NCBI GenBank assembly: GCA_040954595.2
Contig: CM082596.2
Coordinates: 7,080,791 to 7,144,790, forward strand
DNA length: 64,000 nt
Direction of reading: 5' to 3'
DNA from: Balanoglossus misakiensis
Lineage: Eukaryota; Animalia; Hemichordata
In this document: positions 25,894 to 40,552 of the stretch, one piece after another
How the letters are laid out: every line of letters starts with the position of its first letter
How positions within the stretch are numbered: the stretch's first letter is position 1
Translations under genes and position numbers: made by a program
Notes under the pieces: generated by a model
The model's input: only the letters and a program-made list of their open reading frames with translations
The model's database searches: none
Told to the model about the DNA's origin: nothing

Positions 25894-28800
25894 ATGACGT
25901 CAGAGAACTCACCAAGGAAAGGGTCTGGGGTTCAGTACACCGCCCCGGATGTCAAGTTCGCTGATGATGTCAAGGACAGGTAGAATGCTATAATCAATAC
26001 AATTTTTGACGAACAGTGGTGGCGGGGGGGGGGGGGGTCGTCAACTCTCTAACTTTTGACGCTTTAATGGTTATAGCCGCAAAAAGGAATTCAGTATCTT
26101 CAAGTTGGCCAGTTTTAAAAGTTTTTTAAAATTACCCTCTCGGTCAGTTGATACGGAATAGGTTTCTACACGCAACGTGCTTTCATCTTTTGTTAATAGA
26201 ATAAATCATAACAACCGAAACAAACGGTTTGCAGAATCAGATTTTCGCGAAGCCAGTTTTTGTAATGTTACCCGCACGAAGTGTACACCGTTTCTTCTGT
26301 TTGTTTAGGCCATTGTCCTAGATACCGCCAATTTACGGCCAGCATTTGAAAAAAAGACACCGTTTTGCTGGCAATCGGCCGTTACGTAAACGGCGATAAA
26401 ATTTAATCGCTTGACCAAAGCGAAAATAAAACCTGTTATTAAACATACCGTGTCCCAATGACCGGAAGGCTTGCAAGGGGGGTATTACCAGCACCTTCGT
26501 TTTACTGCACAACCACAAGCTAGTCATCAGAATAAAGGTTTCTGTGTAATTATCGAGATTTCGTTGTCCGAGAGCTCGTTAACAACGACGTTTCTTGGCC
26601 CGTGGATATATCCGCCCCTACGCGGGGTAGATTGTTAAACAGCCCGGGATGGCTCAAACCTCAAACGCCTCAACTACACCGAAATGTCATATCAGACAAT
26701 TATTAACAAAATTGGTACGTACATACGTTTATTGGTATCGCAAGAAACTGATTTTTAGACAAACACCTCCATTGGAATAACATTGATGCGAGTTCGTTTT
26801 AATTTCACTTTTCATCGGTTTCTGCCAGATCTGGGGAGGTAGGCGTCTCCAATTCGCGGAGAAAGTTGATGAAGCAGATGGACAGTGACCGCCGCAAGAG
26901 TCTTTACCTTCAAGCGCCGTCCCTGGCCAGTCTGGGCTCGTTCCACAATGGTGAAATGAGCCAATCGCCGAGCGTCTATAGAAGGGTAAGCAAAATTGGA
27001 TTCGTGACGGTTTCACTACACGTCACACACACAGATCTGACGAATTTGATCATATCCAAGCACGTGTATTATGTCACTGCATATGAACACAACACCTTTC
27101 TTACGCTGACCTGACAGGGTATCCTCACGTGCTGGTGGCCATAGCAACCGTTCTGGCATCTATTTACAACTTGCGGCAGCCAACATGCTTGTTTAATTGT
27201 GTGTGTGTGTGTGTGGGGGGGGGGGGGTAGAATCCCACATATATCTATGTGGAAGACATTCAGATATAATCTAAGTTTGAATTTTAACAGATAATGAGTT
27301 CTTCTAATTTCACTGATTCATAATCGTAATCAAGTCAATGGGCCTTTGATATTGTTTTTTTTTCGTCCAAAAGTGGGACATTGCTGAAAAGTGCACACGC
27401 CGAACTTTTCCCCAACAAAAATCCATCCGACTGGTGATGCGTGCGTGGAATGCATGGAAAACTGCTATCCGCGAGTTTTTAGGGAGGGGTGATTTCGCAT
27501 AGTACGTTTGTTTTCCTTCACTAACACATAATAGATGCAGACTGAGACGGTGTTCTCCTAACACTGCGTTTGCTGTGATACTTTTCGTGGTGCTGACAAG
27601 TTTTTCCATCAACTTTTTCAGTACATGAGGTCCACTCTAAGCGGAATATTTTCTAGGCTTCTCACATGAAAGGCGTGGGGCCTTGTTTAAGCGGTTGTTG
27701 TATAGAAATCGATATTATAGCACCGGGTCAATAGAAGTTGGATGGGGGTACAGTGGTTGCTAGTGAAAACAGAGTAATGAATAGTTGATGGTGGTGGCAC
27801 GAGACGGAAGTTGAGAAATAGCGTCCGGCCACGGGAGTTTGACCCAGTATCGCAGTACGGAGAAACGAATGGCGGAAAAGTGTTCCGATTATTCGATTTG
27901 TCTCATAAGGAATGACTAAGTGAAAGTTGGTCCGACAGAACAGCTTCCCAAGCCAAACGGTTGGGCTGGCTATAGTGTGTGTGTCGCACTGCCAAGCCCA
28001 ACACTAACGAATAACACACAGACATCTAATATTATGTACAGGCCTCCAAAACAGCTTCCGTAGACAAGCTCAAAGTACCGAAGGAGACAACGTCAACCAA
28101 ACCAGCGGCGAGACTCGAGGACGAGATGAACAACGATCATCTACAGAAGTTGCAGAGTATATTTGAGGTGGGTTTTTTAATGTTATTGGTGTTCTTTATT
28201 TCCCCCTTTATTTCTGATAAAATTGACTGCTCGACAAGCAAAACTTGACAGCGGCTTGTACAAAATTACGCCCCCAAGGGGGAATGAGGGCATGGACATT
28301 GGTCTTGCTGTATACTAAAATCGTTAAATTAATAAGTCTAATTCTGAAATATGAAATATGAAAGACCGCTTATCACAAAACTAATTGAAAACAACTTAAA
28401 ATAGATAACTGCAGGTGCCACATGCATGTATGTCAAGTTATAGGTGTCAGTTGCTCGAGTTTTGGTTCACGAAGATCATTTATGTGGAATGCGGGTGTCT
28501 ATCACCGGTCAAAATTGTAACATTTTAAATCTCTTAATCACTAATACAGAGAAATAATCAGCCCGCATTATCAAAATGATAAATATGCTAATTAGAATCA
28601 ACGGGTATCGGGGCGTATTGTGCCGATCATCCATTTTTGTTTACCACCAAGAAACATAAAAAATTTAAACATCCCCTGTCTTACAAAAGGGCGCAGGATC
28701 GTTAAAATCGATACGTGTCCCATTGTATTGGACCTTAATCTAACTTCAATTGATCACCACAGTTATTTTGTTAAGGCGGGTCAGTGTATTCACCTTAGAA

Positions 28801-31800
28801 GGTGGGTGGTACCTCTACCGATTGGCCAACATTTCTGCCAATGTTTACATATGGGGAATCGACGCCAACCACCAGGATATTGATGGTGGCTTTATCTCTG
28901 TCTGCTACAGGAGGCCGACGAGGATGGCGGTGGCGGTTTGGATATCGATGAATTTCGTCAAGCTATGAAGAAAACCATGGGGGCTGGCCAGGTGAGCGAT
29001 GTAACATTATGAAGTGACCAAACATAATTTTATAGAAACCTATACGGCAATCACACACGTGTTTGACAAAGTCACTTGGGGAAATGAAATTGAAAATAAA
29101 TATTACTAGTATCTATCAACTTAGTCATATTGAAATAATTAATGTAATGGCCCCGTTATTGTTAGTACTGTCAGATTCATAGACACCCCTGAAAAAGTCC
29201 CGTGGCAACTACGAAAATCTAGAATTGTTGATACATCGTACTTCCTATCATTTGTGATAATTTATCTTGTCAATCTTTTATATCACGCCCTTACCAATGG
29301 ACGATAGGATGAAGACGTAAGTTTGTGATAAACATCTGGGCGATTCCGTCACAAATTCTTGTGATTAAACCCTGACCTTTAACCTTGTTTGCAGTGGATT
29401 TCTCCCTTTCACATTCTATGCGTTCTTCGAGCATCGTGTTTTGAGATAACACGCTTTTATTTACAATCCACAACCTTCCCCTGTCTATCACTTGTAACTT
29501 ATTGTCATGTCGTGTACTACCAGTTCATGCCCACTTCTCTTTGCCACGCCTATTGCATTATTAGTCATCTGTGTTAATGGTTTTGTTTTAAATCAATCTT
29601 TGCCCTAAATTGAAGTGTTGATTAAATTAAACTCTGCTGAGCTTTATACATCTAACCTTTCGACCTGGCCAATTGTTGGAGTAAGATTCGTGACTTGCGA
29701 CGATGAAAAATTGCAAACGTTGTCAATAATTTGTTCTGAACTGAACTTGACGTTTATGTAAATTCGCCTGACAGGTTGATGATCGGCAGCTGGCGATTGT
29801 CTTCATGAAAGTCGACGCAAACTGTGACGGCACTGTTGATTGGGTAAGTACATAAATGGGTTCATCCTAAATCATAAATTTGCAAGAGGGCTTTACCAAA
29901 CGGAAGATGTTATAATCAAATTCAAGAGATAACCTTTCAACCTAAGAGTGAGTTATCAAGAGATAACGTTGCAAGAGGGGGCTACCGGGAGCCCAATCCC
30001 ACCCAAACACAATGCATGATGAAACTATGGAATGTGAAAAAAAAAACATATCATATTATAGACTTGATTGCAGGAAACCTAATAATTTTAGACTATCTGC
30101 GGAAATTTATAATTTACATCTTTATATCTTGCCCAGGATGAATATTTATCGTACATGCTGTTGGAATACCAGGAACGTGACCTTATGAATAATTTATTCA
30201 AAGATGTAAGTTGCTGCTTATCATAAATTATGTGCATTTTTATGCGTTTCAAATTTATACCAACTCCCCAAAGCCACAAATCTACCCGTTAAGTCAGAAT
30301 CTATTTAGTTTCAAGTTTCAATATATATTATGGGCCTAGTTCAATATCAATATCCCATGTCTACCGCGTCTATATGATTGTTGGCGTCACTTGCGACCAG
30401 TCTTCGCGGAAAATGTCAAAAATGTACCTAATGATTCTGATTGACACTCGCCATACATCCATACATATTAAAAACTAAGTTTGCTTCTTGTTTTTTTAAA
30501 CATTCCTTTCATTATATGACAGGGGAACATGAGCGAATTTTTATCGCAATTTTTATTTTAAACTGATCGTCTTTGCTTTACTTCTGTCACTTTTCTATCG
30601 CATTGATCATTGACAGTTCGTAAGTACTTGCGTTTTTGCTATTAGAAATGCACTGTTTGGTTTGTGTGTTGTTGCCCACACTTTAGGATTCAAGTTGCCC
30701 CATGGCTGGCTGTGTTCATGTTTTCAGTTTTTTTGTCTCAAATATTAACATAGTCGTTTACATATAACGCTCACTGTTTCATGGAATTCAAGTGTTAAGG
30801 TACTATTATCAGTGGTTATGACTAACGATAACAGACTATGGTCTTAATCCCATAACCCCAATACACAGCGTATACATGTTCTTGTTGTTGGGTTTTTTAA
30901 ACTGGGGACAATGAACTCTGGGAGATGCCGTTTATGTCATGTCTCTGGTTTCAAAATTTCAAATCTGGACTGTATTTGGGGTCTGCCAAGCGAGAAAACG
31001 CAGGAGAGGTTCCTCACGGACAATAATAACCTATTGGTATACATTTGCATTTCTGTTTCCATAGGTACCGTTTCCAAAGCCGTTGAAAGAAATCACAAGG
31101 TAGGAAATTATTTCTGATAGACAACAAAGAAATCGCACTGTCCAAAACTTGTATTTGGGAAATGTGGACTCCAAGTAACATCGATGAAAACAACGCCTAT
31201 TGAATTTTCCATTTAAAATAGAAATAAAGTCCCAGGTGCTCATACTTAAGTAATATGCTAATTATTTCAATATTGGGCGTTATCATCATTCATAAGTACA
31301 TCTGTACACTAAGATATAGCGTCTTTAAAGAACTATAGTGTTTAACCCACATTACTTATGCTCAATACAATGCGTCCTTAAAGAACTGTTTAACCGTATA
31401 TACGACCACTCTGGTTCAAACCTATGTTTACTATGACATCTTTGGAGCACACAGAGGGAACTAGATATGCAAATATTAAGAAACTCCTCTTTTTACAAAA
31501 TTCTGTAGCACTCATCGCGACATGATAAGCAGTGTCAAGTTCATGCCAACAATCACCCATCGCCATGGCAGCGTGGCGGACGAATCGGACCATTCCGTCG
31601 GACGGTACATCTCCGTCAGCAAGGAAGGGGTCGTCAACTTCTGGACCCTCGATATGAACAATCTCAGATCTATCACGGTAAGATATGACACCCGTGGCAA
31701 TCGCAGGAAGTTGTCGCCATTTTTTTTTTCGGACCGAAATTTTGAAATCGAGCCTATAGTTTCTTCTTGTGCCTTTAGCGGTAACAACGTGAGAATCTTC

Positions 31801-34800
31801 AATTGGCCTAAATGGGATGATTTAATGTTATATTTTCAGATGGAACAACCACGTGACAAAGTCAAGCCTATGTGGATAACGGACATGGTGTGCATGCCGA
31901 ATATCAATATGATCGCAATGTCGTCGACAGAAAGAGATTTATGTAAGTTGCTGATCATTTTCAGGTCGCCCAAACACAGGACAAGTTTCATCGACAATAC
32001 CTGCAGATATTATGGCAGTGTTGACAGTTCAGACGACATCGTTCCTCAGTATTGAGTTCCCTTGTGTCACATGCCTGACAAATTTTCGAACTTCTGTTTC
32101 ATTATTCGTTATCGTTACCCTAATTTTAACCTCATTCACCGTTCGATACAGGTTTTTATGACGTGAACGCCAGTAAGTTCGACAAAGTTTTCCAAGTATC
32201 CGGGATGGAACACGCTGCTCTCTGTATGGACTATTGGTGAGCTGATACGCTTACTTCTTTTTCGCTCTTACAGGGTCTAAGCTTCTATACGAAAAATCTC
32301 AAATTGGCCACAATTTTATCTTGACATAAAAAGTTTATGAGAAACTCGTATCGTTTAATGACAGTAAATGATACTGCAATAGCCCTAATTAATTAATCCA
32401 CAAATGTTATCAGCAACTAACATACACCGACTTACGTTACCCAACGACCTATGTTTCATGATTTTACAGAAAACTTAATACTCTGTTCTGTTAACCAACG
32501 TTACCAAGAAACACTCACTGCAGAGAAAATGGCGACCAATATCACAGACTTTTATATTTACTCGTCTTTCTTTCTTTTTCCTTTCAAATTAGGTATGACG
32601 TCAAGAATATGAACAACGCGGTTTTGTCATTTGGCGATGCCGGTGGCAATGTTTGTGTGTTTGTGTTTACGGAAGCACTTGGATCGGCTTTGTTTGGTTC
32701 CCAGAATGCCAAGGGAGGTAAGTGGTGGAGGATTGTTATATCTACGACTTTCACTTCAATCAAGTGTTCAATAATTTTAAAGGGGGAATGCTGGTCGGAT
32801 TCCATTCGAATAAGTATCAATTAAACAACTCACTATGCAAACCAGATGCTAGAAGTCATGTTCTCGCTTAATATTTCAATCATTTCCTGTAACAAATCAT
32901 ATTTTACAAATTTCATTTTCAGTTGGTTGTAGGAGAGTGCCATTTCATGAAATATTGAAAGGGGCTGTCAAGGGAATACGTGCTGTTCGATATTTGGTAA
33001 GTCACGTGATATCAACGTCCATTCGATGCAAGTAGTCGACTTAGCGCAATCAGCGAAATTAAACTCAACTTTCATTCTGAAATCTATTTGTCGAAACAAC
33101 CTCTGACTCAGCTTGATAGTACTTCTTGCCTAACGTTTGGACACCTGACTTGTGTTTCCAGTTCGTCCACGAAGACTGGGTCAGAAAGGTGCAGTACTGT
33201 CACAACCTGCATTCTGTTATTTCATGTGCCACCACCTCAGAAAACTCCATGTTCATAGGCGGCGTGGAAAGAAAGAAGACGTGAGTATAGTCATGTACCT
33301 TGTTCAGCATGTTTTGACTTGAAAATCTGAAATGTGGCCTTTCTATCCCTGAAGTTTGGTTTTTCCATTATTATTAAGATGAAAAAGAAAGTTATTCACA
33401 ATTTCACTTCCATGTGAAAACCATGGATTTATCGCCTATACATATTGGGTTTATCAATATAAAAACATTATGATAACTGAGACAAGCTTTATACCCCTCA
33501 CGAATATATTGAGAAAGTTATATGTATACGCGTGCGTGCGTGCGTAAATGAACCAGCTTATTGACAAATGTGCCTCTTTTTCAGTGGTTCTGTTTTCAAA
33601 ATTCGAAAGGGGCTTCAGTGTTTTGAATATTCCAAAGAATGGAACGTTATCGGTGAGTTTATCAGAATTCTATTATGTGGTGTTTGTATAATTAAACCCT
33701 ATTCGTATATGCACGACTCGTTGTCTTCAAATGATCGGGAAGCATTGTCGATGGCACTTAAAGATTCTTGTGTACATTCGCAGTGACGGGCGGCATGGAC
33801 AGGACGGTGCGTCTGTGGAACCCCTACGTCACTACAAAGAGTACAGCCGTTCTCAAGGGTCACAACTCGGCCATTATGCACATCGTACTGAACGGGAACA
33901 ACGGACAGATCATCAGTGTGGCTAAAGAAAAAGTAGGCCTATTTGAAGATCACATGTTCATTCATGTTCATGTTGTCAAACCTGTGCTAGCTGGACCGGT
34001 TGTGCGTGTTGGACACCTGTCTGCTGACTAAATACTAGTACTCATTGTGTCTCGGACTGTTAACTGTTCGTATGTCTGCACCGATGTTAGAGTAATGTTA
34101 TCTATATTTAATGCTTTTGCTTACTAAATACAGTTTTTGTTACCTGGCCAACTGCACCACCACTGTAAAAACTGACAATGTTAATGTATAAGTTATGATC
34201 ACACTTTTAACTCAGCGTAACGTTAACATGTTCTGGACAGGGTTGTTGTTGGCAATGGTGGTAATATTACAACAACTTTCTTGCTGTACATTGATTTTTT
34301 TTACATGTTTGTTTCACAATTAAAGCAAATCAAAGTATGGGATATGAGAGATCAGACGTGTCTGCAGACGGTTGCCGGTAGAAACATCCACATGGGTCCG
34401 CACCTGATAAACACCATATTCTACAACACCAGGAATGGTTCGCTCATACTTGGAACAAATATGGTAAGAAATGCACATTCTTGTGTCATGAAACCAGCGG
34501 GGCTTTGAAGAATCGCCACAGAAATGAGGTTACCAAATGATATATACGAGTTTTAGAATGATTATCGAAAACTCAAGTGACACAATGTGACAATTATCGT
34601 AAATTACAAAAATTACATTCGACAGATGGTACATGTATATCACAGATTCATCGTATTAGCATCCTTAGACTTACGATCAAATTTAACCTTGCGTTTGTTT
34701 CTCATTTCTCGTTTGTACTTTCATAAAAAAATTAACTACAGCTGGCTATTTTTGAACGGAAAGCCGAGGAAGGCGAAGTTGGGGAACCCACGTCCCACAA

Positions 34801-35338
34801 CAAGTCCGTCACGCATGCGCTCTACAACAACCTGTTCAACCAGGTGGTGAGCGCGGCGGACGATTCCATTGTGAGCGTGTGGGACCTGGACACCGGCACG
34901 AAGACGATTCAGTTCACGGCGCATAAGACCGTGGAGAGAGGGGTTGAAAGGAACGTGGAGATCACGGCCATGACCTTTGACCCCAGCAAGAGGCGGCTTT
35001 TCACCGGGGCGAGGGACGGCACCGTGAAAGTGTGGAATTTCAACAACGGAGCGTGCTTGCGGGAACTTGAAATCTTCGATAATCTTGAGGTTAGCGTTGC
35101 GGGCTATTTCTGGTATTCTAATAATAGTATGCTAATTCATTTTCAGCAGATGGAAACTGGATGTTCTGTCACAGTGGTAAAACTCTCTGAGAAATTCAAT
35201 GAAAATGCGACTTCTATACTTTTTAAACTTCACACGTACGTGTTGTTTCTTGGTATAGGTGACGGGGATAGTGTGTCCTAGATCGAAGATTGTGACCACA
35301 GGATGGAACAGACGACTGACCATGTACATGTAAGTTGA

Positions 35339-35400
<62 letters not shown>

Positions 35401-38400
35401 ATATCATGACTGTCATAGAGTTGGTTAATATAATTCACATGTAAAAACCTATAGATATTCATTATTGTACCATTTATTACATTTCAGAGACTTGCAAGAC
35501 GACGACGAGTGTCGCCAGTGGCCGATACGACACAAAGACGACATTCTCTCGCTGGCCAGTTACGGACCCAGTCACCTGGCAACGTCCTCTTACGACGGTG
35601 ACATCATCATCTGGTCCCTGGAGACGGGTCACGTGCTGTCGCGGGTGAACGCCATGGAAGGCACCAAGCCGCAGACGGACCGCCTGAACTCGCCCGTGAC
35701 CCCGGCCAGACCGATGGGCAGGGACAAGAGCGCGTCCACCGTCTCCGAGAGAGATCAGAATAAATCCGAGAACAAGCCCAGCAGCTCCAGTGTGGAGGAA
35801 TCATCGAACGCCACGGGAGCAAAGCGCCCACAGCAGGACGGCGAACCCACCGCCAAAGAATCGTCCAAGAACCTCTCCAAGGAGACCCTCAAAGACAAGT
35901 CGACGTCGACACTGCCTGCGATCAACAATCAGGGACAACTGGTGGCCTCGGAACCGCCGACGGAGCACGGCGACGACGACGGCGGCGTCTCGCGGAAGTC
36001 CGCAGGGAGCGGCAGCTTCGCGGAGAGGCCGAAAAGCGGACCCCATCAATTCTATCACATCCATTCTAAAAGCTATGCGGAATTCCAGCGTAAGCACGAA
36101 GCTTCCGTCGACAAGGCAAGGCGTTTTCTTAAACTCTTACTTTACACCATTCTTCACATTTACATATAGGATAACTAGCAAAAGCATAATCATCATCTCA
36201 ACAACTTATTTACGGAATATACTAGTAAATAAAGTTCACCACTGGCTATCAAAGTGAATGGCCATGGCTTTAAGTACAACGCGCAAAAATGAAGCAGTTA
36301 ATCACAGCGTCCTGTTTAAGTTATTAACCCCATATTCATGACAAAACATCTCTTAGTATACAAAGCGTATGTTAATATGGAATGCTTGCGAAAAAATAAC
36401 TTTCTTGAAGCTATCCGAGTCTAAAACTCATGCACGCATGGTCAATATTCTAAGTACCAGTATGAATTCTACACTTGGCATTGCCTATATACGGTTATCC
36501 ATCATTGAGTTGGTGATCGTATGAACTTTTCCACAGACTATGACGCGATCAAAGACTAATTCTCCGATTGTTGTTTTTCTGTTTTCCACGACAGATTATT
36601 TTTCTGCAGGCAAGGGAACAGGACAAGGAGACGGCCACCCTTCTGGCGTCCGGCGCCGAGGGGTGGGTGCGCGCCTGGTCGGTGGACCACAAGGGAGGCT
36701 TGCTGGGCCAGTTCCTCGCCACGACGCGCAAAAACGAATCGGTGCTCGCCATGACGACGGACTCCCAAAACCAAATCCTGATCACCGGTGATACCATGGG
36801 CTACATCATGGTAAGTATTCGCATTGTCTGTCAGCTTTTTCAAACAAGTCAAAGTAGACAGTGTTGGTCCTTAAGCTCGAAGTTTAGAGTTTCAAAATGT
36901 GCACTGCCGTTCGCGTTAAGAAGAAAAAAAGTCACTACACAGACAATCACTGCTTTTTCCGCGTTAGACGCAAAGCTTTCCGGTAGCAACATCGACCTTA
37001 TCTTAAATATTTCGCAGCTATGCACGCTGTTGCAACAGTGATCACGTTCGCTATGAATACATGTAAATCTAATTACTTCTTTTCCATGGTTTGAAGAAGT
37101 ACATGTATTTTCAGTGACGTTGTTTTTTGCTTTTACTTTCACAATCTATTACATAAATGTCCCCATCCCTTGCGCTAAATCTCGCCTATTTTTTCTCTCT
37201 CTCTCTCTCGCCTAGGTTTGGGACATAAGCGACTACTGCATCAAAAAGGGCACCGGGCCGCAGGTCGACAACACAAAACTCCACGAGCGCTTTCCCTACC
37301 TGAGACCGGACGGGCTCATGACGCTGCGCAACCGCTTCCTGGCCAAGACCAGGCCGCAGAACCTGCCCAGGCCGCCGCCGCAGACCAACCCGGAGGAGAC
37401 CCTCCGGGAGCCGTTGAAACTGAACGCGTACCGAGCTCACCTTGAAGCCGTCACCTTTGTCGAGTACGCCGAGGAGAAGGAGCTGATCATCACGTCGAGT
37501 ACAGACTGCTCCGTCAGACTTTGGACGCTGTGTGGCCGATACATCGGTATGTTCATACAGTCAGCAGACTTTCCTACACATGACTGATCCGTACTGCAAC
37601 GAAAACAAAACGCACATCACTCTATTTGTACAAAAACCTTTGGAAAATACAAGCTCGAATATGCCAAAAGGTGGAATTTAACAAAATTCTGCTTAGATAT
37701 TGAAAAATCACGGGTCAGATGGAGTATTGAAATTGAGATGTGTGGATTTTAGGACGAATATACATTAAATGGTACAAGACTGTCTGAATCAAGAGATGGG
37801 ATATGGGTTTCTACCCAAAGAAACTTTCTCTTTGCACGTTTTTCCTTCCCATCGCCTTCATCTGGTTACGTAAAGGCACACACCCTCAGTGCCAGTGGGC
37901 AAAACCATGAAAACCTAAATAGCGTATAATGCCATAGTCAAATTTCATGTTCATGTATTAATCATGCAAAGCTACTCTCCATTCACCAGGAACGTTTGGA
38001 CAGAAAAGTGGGTGGGAGAAATTACCTGACGTCATCATCCCAGAGAAAGTTCCCAGGAAGCTTCCAGGTGACGTGAAACGCGTGGCTTCTGCGATCACCC
38101 TCAAGGTGCTGAACGGAGGTTCAAGACCGCGCTGGAAGTAAGTTGTATACACGATCACCAGGTGGCACTCATGCCTAAAAATACAAAAGCAGATTTTTAT
38201 CAGTGGAAGGAAAATTTTCATTCCACAGAGAGGGGTAGAATAATGTTTTGTTATATAGTGAATCAACGTTCGACCACACACAAATTCCATCCCACTTGCA
38301 GACACGAGAAAGAAAAACTCGCCAATATGAATTGGTGTTAACCATTTATTCATTTCGGCGAGATTTTTACTCTCATATCCTTCAAAATGGATGGAAATTT

Positions 38401-39662
38401 TGTGTGGTCGAACGTTGATTCACTATATATCCACATGTAGAATAACATAAACGGTATCTTGTATCAAGCATAATTAATGGAAAAAGGGCAGCAAGAGAGA
38501 GACTTACCATATTGCCATTCTCTTTCAGGTTGGCTCGTAACATCCTGTTGTTGTGTGCCGCGAGAAAGACACTAGGTCAGAAACCCAACATCGAGGGAAT
38601 GTTCCACACTGTGGGAGCCAGCGACCACGTTGACGAAAACGAATCCAGCGAGGACGACGGCGACAAGAACGTCGAACAGGGCGTGTCGGCCATCTTGGGC
38701 AAATCCTACAAACCGAAAACCAGGCATAAGATGCCGCCCATGCTGCCAGAGATCAGGCAAAATGCTAACCAGGTATTGCAAAGGCAATTATCATTGCCAC
38801 TGTGTGTTTTGTTGTTGTTGTTGTTGTTGTTTTCGAGTTTTCAACACATGTTTCTCTGGCGATGTCATTTCTCCTTGATACATTTGAAATTGATTCGCCA
38901 GGTCAATAACCCGGGGTCAATAAACTTTCTGAAGACTGAAATTATAATCTCTTCTGCTCACAACTCCCACTTTTGTAGCGGTGTATGGGAACTTGACAAC
39001 AATGGGAAAAATGAACCTAAATTAAGGAATGGGGGTAGGAAAACCAACAATACTGGTAGGCTTACATCCTTCATGAACTGTTCAGGTTTGCAGGGTGTAA
39101 ACATTGGCCGTGCGTGTACGGCCAGGTGTAATCTTAGGGGCTAGCCTACAGCGCAATCAAAAGTGATGATGTTTCCTACCTTTAGCATAGTGCTGTAGTA
39201 CCCCGATAATGTCCACTGGCTGTATACTAATCAAAAATAAGGAAAATGTCCAAACCAGGGGTATAAAATCAAAGGTAGGCGGCACAACGACGACAACACA
39301 TGCAGCTGGTTGCACTGTCCAGCAGACGACGCTAAACAGCTGTTGACCTGGATTGACCTGTGTGTCACGTGATCATCAGAGCGCCCTCGCACAACGGTTC
39401 TTGAACTTTCCATTGTATTTTGTTTTCACAGCTCTCGGTCTACTCCTCTCTGCCCTTCTGTGAGCTGGAACCGGTGCACGAACCCAAGCTGCCCGCCGTC
39501 ATACAGCAAATACAGGCCCGCCAACAGTCCATCGAGAACCTGGAGAAAGACGGCGCCGCCAAACAGAAGCTCAAGCGACGAGCCCAAGAACACATGATGA
39601 AACACAAAACCGTCCGCATCATCACGCGAGACAACAAAGAACAACGGCCCGGGCAGGACTAA
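25894..39662 (+). CDS. EFCAB8: EF-hand and WD40 repeat protein, EFCAB8/WDR49(CFAP337)/WDY family, about 1289 aa
   Basis: 24 in-phase exons totalling 3870 nt: 25894-25979, 26829-26985, 28042-28167, 28911-28991, 29775-29843, 30137-30205, 31065-31099, 31509-31677, 31840-31942, 32152-32236, 32593-32717, 32923-32996, 33162-33280, 33585-33652, 33784-33932, 34326-34463, 34742-35089, 35259-35329, 35488-36115, 36595-36810, 37216-37546, 37990-38137, 38529-38772, 39432-39662. EF loops: EADEDGGGGLDIDEF and FMKVDANCDGTVDW. Family motif: PMWITDMVCM...ALCMDYW. WD repeats: TGGMDRTVRLWN, TGARDGTVKVWN, TSSTDCSVRLWT. Exact orthology (EFCAB8 vs WDR49) is less certain than the family. Confidence 0.88.
35339..35400. 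repeat. (CAT)n microsatellite, intronic
   Basis: About 20 perfect units. Confidence 0.97.
38252..38429. mobile_element. Foldback/MITE with long terminal inverted repeats
   Basis: 29-bp perfect inverted repeat TATATAGTGAATCAACGTTCGACCACACA (38252-38280 vs 38401-38429). Imperfect symmetry continues to a central GTTAAC. Confidence 0.75.
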
Positions 39663-40552
39663 ACATATCATTTGGGTAGCAACGCTAGGACCACCTGGCA
39701 ACATACTTGGGGACTATTTACATGTTTTAACGTCAAAGTGCCATGATGTACATATAGATTGAATGACTAAATCAAGTCTATTCCAGAGCATACCTTGAAA
39801 CGTTTTTTGTCGTTTGTGAAAAGTTATGCTTGTGTGTCAAACTTTTGTATATAAATTAAAAAGTTTCCATAAAACTTTTCATGTTTGACTTGTCTTCTGT
39901 AATCACTTCGCTCACTCTTATCTGATGTCAGTCTTGTACCAGTAGTTGTCAATTCAGTATCATTTGAGCCTAATGCCAATAACAGGCTTATTTAACTGAA
40001 GGGTGTCACCAAAACAGAAAATAAACTTAAAATTACCCCCTAAACAAACAAAACTATATTACCATGTTCATGATGTGCCACTATATTTTTATTTGCATAT
40101 CCACAAGTATTAAATACCCAGTTCTAATCTACTGATACCTACTTAAAAAACGAGAAATACGTGAGAAATCTGCCGACTTCATAAAAGTTCTGAGTGTCCT
40201 AGGCCCTTAGAGACGACTTGGCCACAATGATACACAGTCATATGAACTAAACTGTGCTAAGATGGACTTTGGTAAAGTGTGATATAGTCAGGTTTCCATC
40301 ATGGTTGAGGCAGAGTATGTTTTAGACATGCAGCCCTGTAATGGGTTTAAAAGCTATGTAGGGGACATTGGTTTGATGCATTATATACAACACTCTCTTG
40401 TCTTTACGAGCCAAAATGTAAATTCTTGAAATTCAAAATCTGATTTTGCAACATATTCGCGAATCCTACACTGACGACTGTAAATAGCGAAAAACGCTTG
40501 TTTCAACTTTTTAACATGGAGCTCTGAACTGCCGCTATGGTTACTGTTATTT

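Noticed and set aside
35132-35462. Poly-Met and poly-Asp minus-strand ORFs
   Set aside because: These are antisense readings of a (CAT)n microsatellite.
35607-36257. Overlapping alternative-frame and antisense ORFs in GC-rich exons
   Set aside because: These are expected shadows of GC3-rich codon usage in the real exon.
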